Assembly: GCF_001194135.2 (NCBI RefSeq)
Contig: NC_068983.1
Coordinates: 43,471,089-43,535,088 of the forward strand
Source: Octopus bimaculoides
Taxonomy: Eukaryota
Length of the DNA: 64,000 nucleotides
Direction: 5' to 3'
Below the pieces are notes generated by a model that saw nothing but the letters and a program-made list of their open reading frames with translations, did no database searches and was not told the origin of the DNA. How positions within the stretch are numbered: the first letter of the stretch is position 1; the number at the start of each line of letters is the position of its first letter. Shown here one piece after another: positions 37,937 through 49,800 of this stretch. A program made the translations under genes and the position numbers.

Positions 37937-38646
37937 GTAAGTCAAAAAAACATTTATTAATTTTATCTAAGGCCTCAGCCAGTCCACTTAGGCGAACCTT
38001 CCTTCATTGGACACGAAACTCAGTTTGCAAAGACTTATTGGGGCAAGCGAAAGCGAAATCGGGATGGCACCTGTGCCCAGCGTCCCCTTTCTGGCACTTG
38101 TGCCCACAGCATGTGTAAGGACTTTCGAGAGAGATCGTTGCCAGTGCCCCTGGACTGGCTCTTGTGTGGGTGGCACATAAAATACACCATTTTGAGCGTG
38201 GCCATTGCCAGTACTGCCTGACTGGTCTTCGTGCCGGTGGCGCATAAAAAGCACCCACTACACTCTCTGAGTGGCTGGTGTTAGGAAGAGCATCCAGCTG
38301 TAGAAACTCTGCCAAATCAGATTGGAGCCTGGTGTCGCCTCCTGGTTTGCCAGTCTTCAGTCAAATCGTCCAACCCATGCTAGCATGGAAAGCGGACGTT
38401 AAATGATGATGTTTTAAACTGGAAAAGTCAAATGGCTACATGGATTAAGTTGTTAGACTGGTATTATATTAGTCAAGGGTTCAAATTACTTGCAAATATT
38501 TCATTGTGCTTTTAAACTAAATTTTGATTAAAGTGTTAAATTTGTGATTTAGGTAGAACTAGAGAAAGCTAAATCATAGATAATCCTTTTGTAACCAACT
38601 TGTCAGAGATTACTTTTGATTTTCGGGTACAAGCTTCTTATTTTAA

Positions 38647-39276
38647 CCCTTTAGCATTCTGATTATTCTACCAAATCTAATACTTATTTATTCGCAGATA
38701 CAGAAGTAATTTATTCTCAAACGCATGATAATGCTAATACAATAGCATGAACAGAATAAACTATCCATATATTGCAGAAAAATTTGTTAGTAGCCATGAG
38801 AATAAATTATTTCCATATCTTTCAATACATCTCAATGCTTCTAAAGCAAACTTTGTTTGTTTACTTTCATCGTAAGTTGAATTTATTTATTCAGGCCGTT
38901 GCCAGTACTGCCTGACTGGCCTTCGTGCTGGTGGCACGTAAAAGCACCCACTACACTCTCGGAGTGGTTGGCATTAGGAAGGGCATCCAGCTGTAGAAAC
39001 TCTGCCAAATCAGATTGGAGCCTGGTGTAGCCATCTGGTTCACCAGTCCTCAGTCAAATCATCCAACTCATGCTAGCATGGAAAGCGGATGTTAAACGAT
39101 GATGATGATTTCAAATTAATCATGCATTATCTCATAGCTTTGAGATTTTGATGATATAATTGTTTATTTTTAGAATGATGTTATAGGGTTGGTGTGAGAG
39201 TCTGTATCTGGATGGTTTGAGCATAAAAACAGGTAGAATATTTGGGCCAGATATGGCCAGTTTAAATGCTAGAGGG
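38647..39276. mobile_element. Second TTAA MITE family (CCCTTTAGCATT...AAATGCTAGAGGG) with nested insertions
   Basis: TTAA on both sides. A shorter copy lies at ~1497-1716. This copy carries ~410 bp extra, including a SINE fragment at ~38893-39110. Confidence 0.7.
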
Positions 39277-39998
39277 TTAAAGTCATATAGATTCAAATGG
39301 CACTTTGAAATTTCATGTTAAAGTTTATTGCAAAATTCAGCTCAATAATGAGAAATTATTTCACTAAATCTTTCCTTGTTTTCAAAATTAAATGAAATAT
39401 AGAGTGTGTATTTCAATAGAAATATATATTAACAAAAGGATTCAAGATCACAGCCATAGCCTATACCAGTGTCACATAACCAGCCCGTTTAAAAAGTACC
39501 TTTGAATTGTCAGGCGACATGCCGTGCTTGAGGAGACCTATTGAGTCAAGTAAAATCAAAATCAAAAATCAAATCATAATCAAATGGGAATGGTGGTTGT
39601 GGCCATGCCAGTGCCACCTGACTGGCTCCCGTGCTGGTGGCATGCAATAAGCACCATTCATGCGTGGGTTGTTGCCAGTGCTGCTTGACTGGCTCCCATG
39701 CCAGTGGCACGTAAAAAGCACCCACTACACTTTTGTAGTGGTTGGCGTTAAGCAGGGCATCCAGCTGTAGAAACCTTGCCAGATCAGATTGGAGCTGGGT
39801 GCAGGCTACTGGTTTGCCAGTCCTCAGACAAGCCATCCAACCAATGCCAGTGTGGAAAACGGACGTTAAATGATGATGATGATGATTCATAGGGTTAGAA
39901 TATTCAACCCAAGCAAGCATGAAAATGTAGTTTTCAAAATGATGATGAGGAGGAGGAGGACGTACAGTTCTTTTATCTTTAATTCTTGAATATTTCAG

Positions 39999-40236
39999 AT
40001 TTTTGAAGCAAGTCAATGAGGCATTTGATCCACTGAATTCTCAGAATCTCTTCTCATTACCAAACACTTCCAACATTTTAGAATTAGTTAAACTCATACA
40101 ACAGCTCTCTGAAGCCATCCGTTTTCGTCTTCTGCCCGGGAGGGTCTCTTTACCAAGTTCTACATCACCCCTTCAGTCCGGAAGCAATTTTGCTGCTCAG
40201 AATGCATTAACTCCAGCCGAAGCTCAAGCACAAGAG
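39999..40236 (+). CDS. BLZF1: BLZF1 coding exon 6 (FLKQVNEAFDPLNS...NALTPAEAQAQE)
   Basis: 238 nt, tatttcAG / GTgagc, phase 2/0. The TPAE motif matches human STPAEKMAET. Confidence 0.88.
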
Positions 40237-40452
40237 GTGAGCAGTCTTTCTATTTATTACCTTTCATTTCTACAGATAATATTTCCTTTTTATTGCTATT
40301 GTTATTATTTAATATCTCTGTTCTGCTTGGCTCAGGTAGACCCAAGGTGGGTGTCAGTTGAACACTTCACAAAGACTCAAAGGTCTCCATGTGATTATTG
40401 ATGTTGTTTAGTCTTAGATTAATCCTGATTGAACAAACCTAGGTCTACTAGT

Positions 40453-41315
40453 TTACTTGTAAGATTCCATGAGGTGAGACTGTAATTCATGCTGCTTGTT
40501 TAACAACCTTTGAATGGCATCTTGAGATTCTTGATATTGGGAAGATTACAATCCTTTTCCTTTGGCTAGTTCATCAGTTAGAACTCTAATAGGAGAAAAT
40601 ACATAAAAACATTATCGTCATCATTATTTAGCCCTTTTGATACCAACTCGGCTGAAACCGGCTCTGGTTCTGTAATACAAATGCCTTGTTTTCATAAGTT
40701 TTGAATTAAAATCTTCCACCAAACCTTAGTCACAATTTATGTTCCTAACACTAGCTAAATGATAACTAAGTTATTTTACTAAATTCTTTGTTATATTTAA
40801 AATTAATTGAAAGAAACTCAGAGCATCTCAAAATAAATACAGTAACGAAAGGATTAATATCCATTTTCCATGCTGGCATGGGTTGGATGGTTTGACTGAG
40901 GACTGGCAAGCCAGTAGGCTGCACCCAGCACCAATCTGATCTGGCAAGGTTTCTACAGCTGGATGCCCTTCCTAACACCAACCGTTCTGAGAATGTAGTG
41001 GGTACTTTATACATGCCACAGGCATTGGAGCCAGTCAGACAGCACTGGCATTGACCAGATTCAAATGGTGCTTTTAATGTGCCACTGGCATGAGAGCCAG
41101 TCATGGGTACTGGTATCAACTATGTTCAGATGGTGCTTTTTACATGCTACTGGCACAGGGAGCCAGTCAGGCAGCACTGCAGAGTATTTTATGCAGTATC
41201 TAGATTTCAAAACAGTACAATAACATGGTGTTTAGAAGTGGAACACTAGAGTAATGTGGTTTTATAGTGATTGTGATGTAGTTACTGAATAATCGACAAT
41301 GAACTATTTTTATGT
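40453..41315 (-). pseudogene. Inverted, interrupted duplicate of BLZF1 exon 5 plus its upstream intron (source 37654-37940)
   Basis: 40457-40585 is the reverse complement of exon 37808-37936 with 8 mismatches, including a new TAA. Splice flanks are copied through ~40603. Homology resumes at ~41183-41315 against intron 37654-37790 after a MITE and SINE insertion. Confidence 0.92.
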
Positions 41316-42441
41316 CTGATTTGGGAACACTCTGTACTTTATACATGCCACCATCACCAGCTGGGTCACCAAGTAACGTGCAAGATGAAGACCTCTTAGT
41401 CAGCAGGGGGAATGGAACCACAGGAAGTGGCTTTGTGCCAGGTAAGAGATTAGGATATAATAGAGGGATAGAGATGGGAACAAAAGGATTAAAAAGAGAA
41501 AAGTATGTTAATAGAATTTGAATGAAGTTGAAGAACACAAAGCTTCCTGAAGTTGATTTCATAAGGTTTTTTTGAGAATGAAAATATGTTGTAGAGAGAA
41601 ATAGTTATTGAAATGAAATGAACATGAACAGCAACAAATAGAGACTGAATACTGGAGATGAAGAGAAGATCAGGAAGAGTGGGTGGGTGAGTTCATAAGA
41701 GTGAGAGGATAGTGGCAGGTAATTTAGAGAGAGATGGACACAGAAGTGAATATGATGAATGATGTACAAGGGTGAAGATGTGGTCAATGGTAAATATCGG
41801 TAAAAGGGAGAAGTCAAAAGAGGTAGCTCAGGAAGGAGGAGGTGGTAAGTGGAAGTACAAGAAGGATGGAGAATAGTTGTATCATAAACTTGTACATATA
41901 AGTGCAAGAGTGGCTGTGTGGTAAGTAGCTTGCTTACCAACCACATGGTTCTGCGTTCAGTCCCACTGCGTGGTACCTTGGGCAAGTGTCTTCTACTATA
42001 GCCTCGGACCGACAAAAGCCTAACACGAGCTTAATGATAACTAAGATATTTTCCTAAATTCTTTGTTATATTTAAAGTAACTGAAAGAAACACAGAGCAT
42101 TTCAAAATAATTACTGTAACGAAAGGTTAAGCAAGAGAACAGCATATGCAAAGGTTTTCAGTTTTTATCAATTGTCTTGAGCCTCGAGTTCAGTGCCTTG
42201 AGATAAACAGCATGTTTGGTACAGCATCACACTTCTCTGTTGCTTGTACAGTACGATTCCAATCACAAGTTCCTTTCTGGCTGTTGAACTTATTTCCATT
42301 TATTGTAATGTAGGTGCAGGAGTGGCTATTTGGTTAAAAAGTTCATTTTGCAACCATGATTTGAAGTGCAGTCTCAATGCATGACTGGTGTTTTCTACTT
42401 TAGCCATAGGAAGCCTATTGTGTGTGTGTGTGTATATATGT

Positions 42442-42475
<34 letters not shown>

Positions 42476-45049
42476 ATATATATATATACATATATATACA
42501 CACACACACACACACATATCCTTTTATTTGTCTTAGTCATTTGATTGTGGCCATGCTGGAGCACCGCCTTTAGTCAAACACATCGACCCCAAGACTTATT
42601 CTTTGTGAGCCTAATACTTCTTCTATCAGTCTCTTTTGCCGAACCGCTAAGTTACGGGGACACAAACACACCAGCATCAGTTGTCAAGCGATGGTGGGGA
42701 CGCAAACCCAGAAACACATATTTATGTCCCCTGTAACTTAGCAGTTCAGCATAAGACCAATAGAATAAGTACTAGGCTTACAAAAGAATAAGTACTGGGG
42801 TCGATTTGCTCAACTAAAGGCGGTGCTCCAGCATGGCCGCAGTCAAACGACTGAAACATATAAGAGAATAACTTATAGACACACACGCACACACACACTA
42901 TTGGGTTCTTTCAGTTTCTGTCTACTAAATCCACTCACGTGGCTTTGATTGGCTGGGGACCAAAGATTCCACATAGTAGAACTGAACCAATGACCATTTG
43001 GTTTGAAAGCAAACTTAACCACACAGCCACTCCTGCAAGTGTTTGGTTAAAAAATTCCCCCTACAACTTATGTAATTGTAGGTTCAGTCCCATTGCATGA
43101 TACCTTGGTTACTTCACTGTTTAAATGCTACCTTAGTTACAGTACATCCTTTGCAGTCTCAAACCAAAGGCGGAACCACTATGCAGTCGCTCAAACAGTT
43201 AGAAATAGCAGTCAAATAACTCTGAAAATACACCTTGAAAGGACAAATTAAATAATGTATAGTCTGAGATACTCCTAAAAAAAATAGCTAAGATGGTCAA
43301 AGCTAGAACGTCTTTTGTTATAGGGCTGCTCAATCAGTTCTGACCTAGGGCTAAACAACAATCTGTATTGTCTTTTGATTTAATTTTTTAATTAAGAATG
43401 TTATTCAGAACCTAATTCATTCTCTAATATCTGAAAATTTATCATGCTGTCTTTAAATGTTTGTTAATATTTCGTCATCATCATCATCATCATTAGTAAT
43501 CGTCATCAACGGTTTAAGATTTTTCCCTACATTTAATGTGTTTGGTGAATGTGGAGGAGCAGGGGGTATGGGGGATTATCCAATGTTAATTAAAATTGCA
43601 TCTGCGTTGAAGAAAGAAAATTTCATTAGCTACACAATCAAGACTAGTCATAAAGACACGGGAGACAACTCTGAAATTTTATTCATTCCAGAGTTACTTC
43701 CCTTGCCTTAGAATTAATCATTAAACTAATGTCTTTTCTATCCTCCCTAAGATTCAAATTTAAATTTCATTACTGACTACATTAACTAAATTAGAACTCA
43801 TTTTATTACCAAGTATTTTCCATGCAGAAGGTATCCATGGGTATTCCACCGCCCCCAGTCATTTCTCCGTTTGTTTATGTTTTTTTTTAACATCTACTTT
43901 TCTATGCTAGCATGGGTTAGATATGGCATTGTGGCATTGTTCGCTGCTGGACGCCCTTCCTATCGCTAACCCATACCTGTTTCTCATGTAAAGGGTTTCT
44001 TATTCCACACATCTTCAAAAGTGCAAAGCCAGGAAGTGGTTCGTTGACAGGGGAAATGACAACATCACCACCACCACTTGTAGCTCAGCAATTTCAATGA
44101 AATGTGAATGTAAACCAGTGTTGCTCAACCGTTATTTTACCCATGAACCCCTCCGATTCCTATTCTACTCAGGGGTACCCCCATAGCCATCCGATGTTTA
44201 GAAAACCCTATTATATTTTTAGTATTAAATATTATTGGGAAATGAATAAAGAAAATTAAAATGTTATAACCAATTTATTTTGCATAAATTTTAACAACAA
44301 AATCTTATAATGGACTCTCAAGGGTCTTGTAGACTCCAGTTGAGAACCCCTGATGTAAACAGTCAAACAATAGGCACATACACACATACATATATACATG
44401 CATGTATGATGTACATACATATATATATATATATATATATACATATGTACACATGCTCACACACGTATACGATGGGGTTCTTCCAATTTCCCCCTGACAA
44501 ATTCACTCACAAGGCTTCAAATGCTCTGGGGCTGTAGTAGAAGACATTTGACTGAGCCTCTGTGAAGTAGGACTGAGCCAAAAACCATGTGATTGGGAAG
44601 TGGATGTTTTAACTATACAGTCCTGAATTGGTAACTGGTCAATATCTTCTTTTAATCTTTTTATCTTTTTACTCATTTCAGTCACTTTGACAGTGACCAT
44701 GTTGAGACACTGCCTTGTTTAAATTTTAGTCAAATGAATCGACCCCTGTACTTATTTTTTCTTTAAGCCTGCTATTTATACTACAGGGATGTAAACTCGC
44801 TAACACTGGTTATCAAGTGGTGGTGGGGGATAAACCCACTCACACACATATATATGACAGGTTTCTTTCAGTTTCCATCTACCAAATCCACTCAAGGCTT
44901 TGATTGGCCTCAGGCTATAGTAGAAGACACTTGCTCAAGGTGCTATACATTGCGACTGAACCTGTAACCATGTGGTTGGGAAGCAAGCTTCTTACCACAC
45001 AGCCACACTGCGCCTATATGTACATACATACATACATATATATATATAT

Positions 45050-45427
45050 ATAACGTTGTAGTATATTGTCAACTTAATGTGACAATCCCAAGAAGGGAAT
45101 ACACTACTGCCGTTTAGCCCTAGGAAGCTGGATCGCTTCCTGTCGGCCTTGACACTATACTATGATTATATAAGTTGCGAGAGCTAGACAAACTTCTTCA
45201 ACCAGCTGGCAGGCTACTTCAGGCTGATGACGAGCAAAGACTCAGAAACATGTCCCTGAATGCTGGCTAGGCTGGGTGGAGGAGTTTGTCTCCCCCTCGC
45301 AAACTTAAGGACACAGTAATTGTGTCAAGGCTGACAGGAAGCGGTCCAGCTTCCTAGGGCTAAACGGCAGTAGTGTATTCCCTTCTTGGGATTGTCACAT
45401 TAAGTTGACAATATACTACAACGTTAT
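45050..45427. mobile_element. Foldback element with long TIRs and a central hammerhead motif
   Basis: The first 83 bp (45050-45132) are a perfect inverted repeat of the right end, extending to ~106 bp with 2 mismatches. TA flanks ACGTTGTAG...CTACAACGT. Confidence 0.85.
45218..45260 (+). ncRNA. Type I minimal hammerhead ribozyme motif
   Basis: ttcagg-CTGATGA-c GAG caaaga CTC a-GAAA-CATG-TC-cctgaa. Perfect 6-bp stem I, conserved core and palindromic ACATGT stem III. One C-A mismatch at the base of stem II. Confidence 0.6.
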
Positions 45428-46313
45428 CGCACCACTACTGCTTAAATCTCTCTGAGAGATTTAGAAATATAATATTTCTAATATATATATATATATATAT
45501 ATACACAACACACACGTGATGGGCTTCTTTCAGTTTCCATCTGCCAGATCCACTCATAAAACTTTGTTAGGCCCATTGCTATAGTAGAAGACACCAGCCC
45601 AAGGTGCCACAGAGTGGGACTGAACCTAGTTCCTTGTGGCTGGGAAGCAAACTTCTTACAATGCAGCTATGTCTGCACCTAGTGTAGTAATAAATTATAT
45701 GTCCTTAGCTCCAAGAAACTTTTAAGGGCCAGATGTTGTTGTTTAGTCACAAATCAACCCTGATCCTCACAAACAGAGGTAGTTTTGAACCTTCACACAT
45801 GTTGCTAGTCTCTAATCCAGCACATGGTGATCACCATGACCTCTGACCCTTGCATAGCATGGTTGAGAACCCAGTTTTGCTGATGTATTTGACTGATTCA
45901 TTGATTTTTTTTTTTTACTTTTAATCTTCGAAGGTCACTGTGTCAATTGTTTTGGCCATTATCTCTATTTCTAATTGACATTTAATCCATTAGAATTGTT
46001 TTTCTCTTTCCGTCTCATTTAATCCCTCTCAGTTGTTTATTCAATGTCTCTATATCATTTAATATAAAACTTGTGTGGTAAGGAGCTTGTTCCCAATCAC
46101 ATGGTTCTGGGTTTCGCCCCTCTGCTTAGCACCATGGAGAATGTCTTCTACTCTAACCTCGAGCCTACCAAAAGCTCATGGGTGGATTTAGTAGACAGAA
46201 ACTGAAGGAAGCTTGTCGTGTGTGTGTGCTTGACAACAAGTGTTTGTGTGGTTATGTCACAGCAACTTAGCAGTTCATCAAAAGAGACTGCTAGAATAAG
46301 TACCAGGCTTTAA

Positions 46314-46536
46314 CCCTTTTTGTTGCCATATTTCTGTTGAGATGCTCTGTGTTTCTTTCAATTAATTTTAAATATAACAAAGAATTGAGTAAAATAACTT
46401 AGTTATCATTAAGCTAGTGTTAGGAACATAAATTGTGACTAAGGTTTGGTGGAAGATTTTAATTCAAAACTTACGAAAACAAGACATTTGTACTACAGAG
46501 CCAGAGGCAGTTTCAGCTGGGTTGGTAACAAAAGGG
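46314..46536. mobile_element. piggyBac-type MITE (same family, opposite orientation) inserted into a SINE
   Basis: TTAA|CCCTTTT...AAAGGG|TTAA. Splits a SINE between aataagtaccaggct and aaaaaaagtact. Confidence 0.85.
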
Positions 46537-46643
46537 TTAAATAAAAAAAAGTACTCGCATCAATTCAATTGTCTAAAAAGGTAGTGCCCCAGCTTGGCTG
46601 CAGTTTAATGATTGAGACCAGTAAAAGATATGAGGAAAAGATT

Positions 46644-46880
46644 AAGGCGGCGAGGTGGCAGAATTGTTAGCATGCCAGGCAAAATGCTTAGCGGTATTTC
46701 ATCTGCTGTTATGTTCTGAGTTCAAATTCCACCAAGGTCGACTTTGCCTTTCATCCTTTCGGGGAAGATAAATTAAGTACCAGTTACGCACTGGGGTCGA
46801 TGTTATCGACTTACTCCCTTTGTCTGTCCTTGTTTGACCCCTCTATGTTTAAGCCCCTTGTGGGCAATAAAGAAATAAGT
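46644..46880 (+). mobile_element. SINE with gagctggcagaa...ttctgagttcaaattcc...gcctttcatcctttcggggtcgataaa core
   Basis: Copies at ~1249-1395, 32215-32440 and 46935-47150, plus reverse copies at ~27930-28050 and 35800-35920. Confidence 0.75.
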
Positions 46881-49800
46881 AAAAGATATAAGGAAAAAAG
46901 GTAATTACTCATTAACACTAGTCTCTTCTTTTAAGTGGTAAAGAGGCAGGGTTGTTAGCATTTCAGACAAAATGCTTAGTGAAGTTTCTTCTAACTCTTC
47001 ATATTCTGAGTTCAAATTCCACTGAGGTTGACTTTGCCTTACGTCCTTGGGGTTGACAAATTAAAGTATTTATCAAGTATTGGCAGAGTCATTGATGTAA
47101 TTGACTGCTCCCCCGCCACTTCAAAATTGCTGGCCTTGTACCAGAATTAGAAAGAATTAACACTGCTGTCATCTTCTACAACCCTCACTATCTGATGAAC
47201 CTTGCATTAGCTTTGACAACGAGTCTTTCTTCAATCAACTAGACTAATTACTTGTTAAATTTAATTCATTATCATAATTTAAAATCTGTTTTTCATGCTG
47301 GTATGGATCAGACATTTTGACAGGAGCTGACAAATCAGAGAACTGCATCAAGCTCAACTTTCTGTTTTCTACAGCTGGATGCCCTTCCTAATGCCAATGC
47401 TCTTCTTAACATGCTGACTGAGTATTCCACAGACATGCCTTAATGTAATCCTCAGGCCAAATAAGCATGACACAACATTTGACATGGCTATTCCTTTGAA
47501 CTACAGGCACCATCCATTTGTTGGGATTCCTAACAATTTCTATCTACCCATTTTTTTCTTCCAAGTCAACCTGAGACTTGTAAGATGTCATGCAATGAAA
47601 TTGAACCAAGGACTTCATGATCAAACAGAGTAGCAAAACTATATCAATCTCACAAGCATATATCTTACCTCTTCATTAAGGAACTACTTGAAAGATCTTT
47701 CAGTATTGCTTCTTCTCAAACTAATTAGTAAAACAAATTCACACACATGCATCATCATCATCGTCGTTGTCGTCATCGTTTAACATCCGCTTTTCATGCT
47801 GGCATGGGTTGGACGGTTTGACTGAGGTCTGGCAAGCCAGAAGGCTGCACCAGGCTCCAATCCGATCTGGCGATGTTTCTACAGCTGGATGCCCTTCCTA
47901 ACACCAACCATTCTGAGAGTGTAGTGGGTGCTTTTTACATGCCACCAGTATAGGAGCCAGTCAGGCGGCACTGGCAATGACCATACTTGAATAGTGCTTT
48001 TTACGTGCCACTGGCACGGGAGCCAGTCAGGCGGCACTGGCAACGATCACGCTCAAATGAGGCTTTTTACGTACCACTGGCACGGGGTCAAGCAGCACTG
48101 GCTTCGACCACGCTCAAATGCATTGTAGGAATTTAGAAACTTTGAGAGATATGAGGTGTGTTATTTATAATAAAGAAATTTAAAGTAGATAATGCTTTGC
48201 AGATAACTCAGTGGTTCTCAACCACTTTTTTACCTGTAGATTCCTATTTCACTCGAATAGACCTTGCTAGCCATTCGTTGTTTTAAAAATCCTATTATAT
48301 TTTTGTACTTAAACATTATTAGGAATTGTATAAAATATTGTTAAAATATTTTGTGTTGTAGAAGTATAACCAACTGATTGCACATAAATTTTAACAACAA
48401 AATCTTATATGGACCCCGGTGGAGAATCACAGCTGTAAAAAATAGTGTGTAGAATATTAGGTTAAAAAAAAATCCTCCTTGGGTGGAAAAACAATCAAAG
48501 GCTGTCTGTGGCACTTGAACCTACATTTTTCTGTAAGCTTGACAGACGTTCTGCAGTTGTATCAAAGCAACACTTCAAACTTTTTACCATCCACTTTAGA
48601 AGCTTTGTTTTTACCTGTGAGAATTGTATATTGTTTACATTACAAGAATTTAGAAACTTCAAGAGATATGAAAAAGTGAGTCATTTTGGCTTCAAGTTTT
48701 GGCATAAGGCCAGCATTTTCAGGGGAGGGGAGGAGTCGACTATCTTCAACCCCAAAAGGATGAAATTCGGTGAAATTTGAACTCAGAACATTAAGACAGA
48801 CAAAATACTGTTCAGCATTTTACCCAGTGAGCACTGGCATAGCTAGAGTGTGTGCCACCTGGTACAGCCCTTCTGTTTGCTGCCCCTTGACCCCACAAAA
48901 AAAACCCATATTGCTTACAACAGACCTAAAGTGCCCCCCCCCTCTCCCAGCTACACTAGTGCCGGTGAGCTTATGATTCTGTCAGCTTGCCACCTTGAAA
49001 GTAAATCATTTCACTTGTGGAACTTGAAGAAGATAAAACTACAAATGAAAGTGTGTAAATATTGGGTTATGAAAGCCTTGGGACTCAAACTCACATCTGT
49101 GAACATGACGAATATACCAAATATACCAAACCAATATACCAAAGCAACATTTTGAATTTTCTTCATCCAATTTAGAAACTTCATTCCTAATGTTTTTTTT
49201 ATATTGTTAGAATTTAGAAATTTCAATATGAACAGCTTACAATTCTCCTTCAATAAGAACAAAACTGATGAAGAAAATTTGAAATGTTGCTTTGGTATAA
49301 TGGTAAAACATCTGTCATGTGTACAGATGTGAGTTCAGGTCCTGTGAACAGCCTTTGATTTTTTTCTCCATCCAAGGGATTTTCTAATTCAGCATCCTAC
49401 ATGCTGTTATCCACCTTTACATTCTGAGTTTGAATTCTGCCGAAGTTAACTTTGCCTTCTTCCTATCAGGGTCAATAAAATAAAGTACCCATTGAATATT
49501 GGGCTCGATATAACTGACTTAACCTTTCCCCTAAAATTGCTGGCTTTGTGCCAAAATCTGAGACCGTTATTATTATTCCACTGAGGTCGACTTTGCCTTC
49601 ATCCTTTTGGAGTCGATAAAATAAGTTACCAGTTGAGCATGGGTCAATGTAATCAACTTATCTCCCCCACCTCACTTCACCCCAAAGTGCTAGCCTTGTG
49701 CCAACATTTAAAACCAATATTCTGCATACTATTATCCATAGCTTTATCTAATTCAAGGTCCACCATTAAAAATAGCATACTTCACACACAGCTTTTATGA

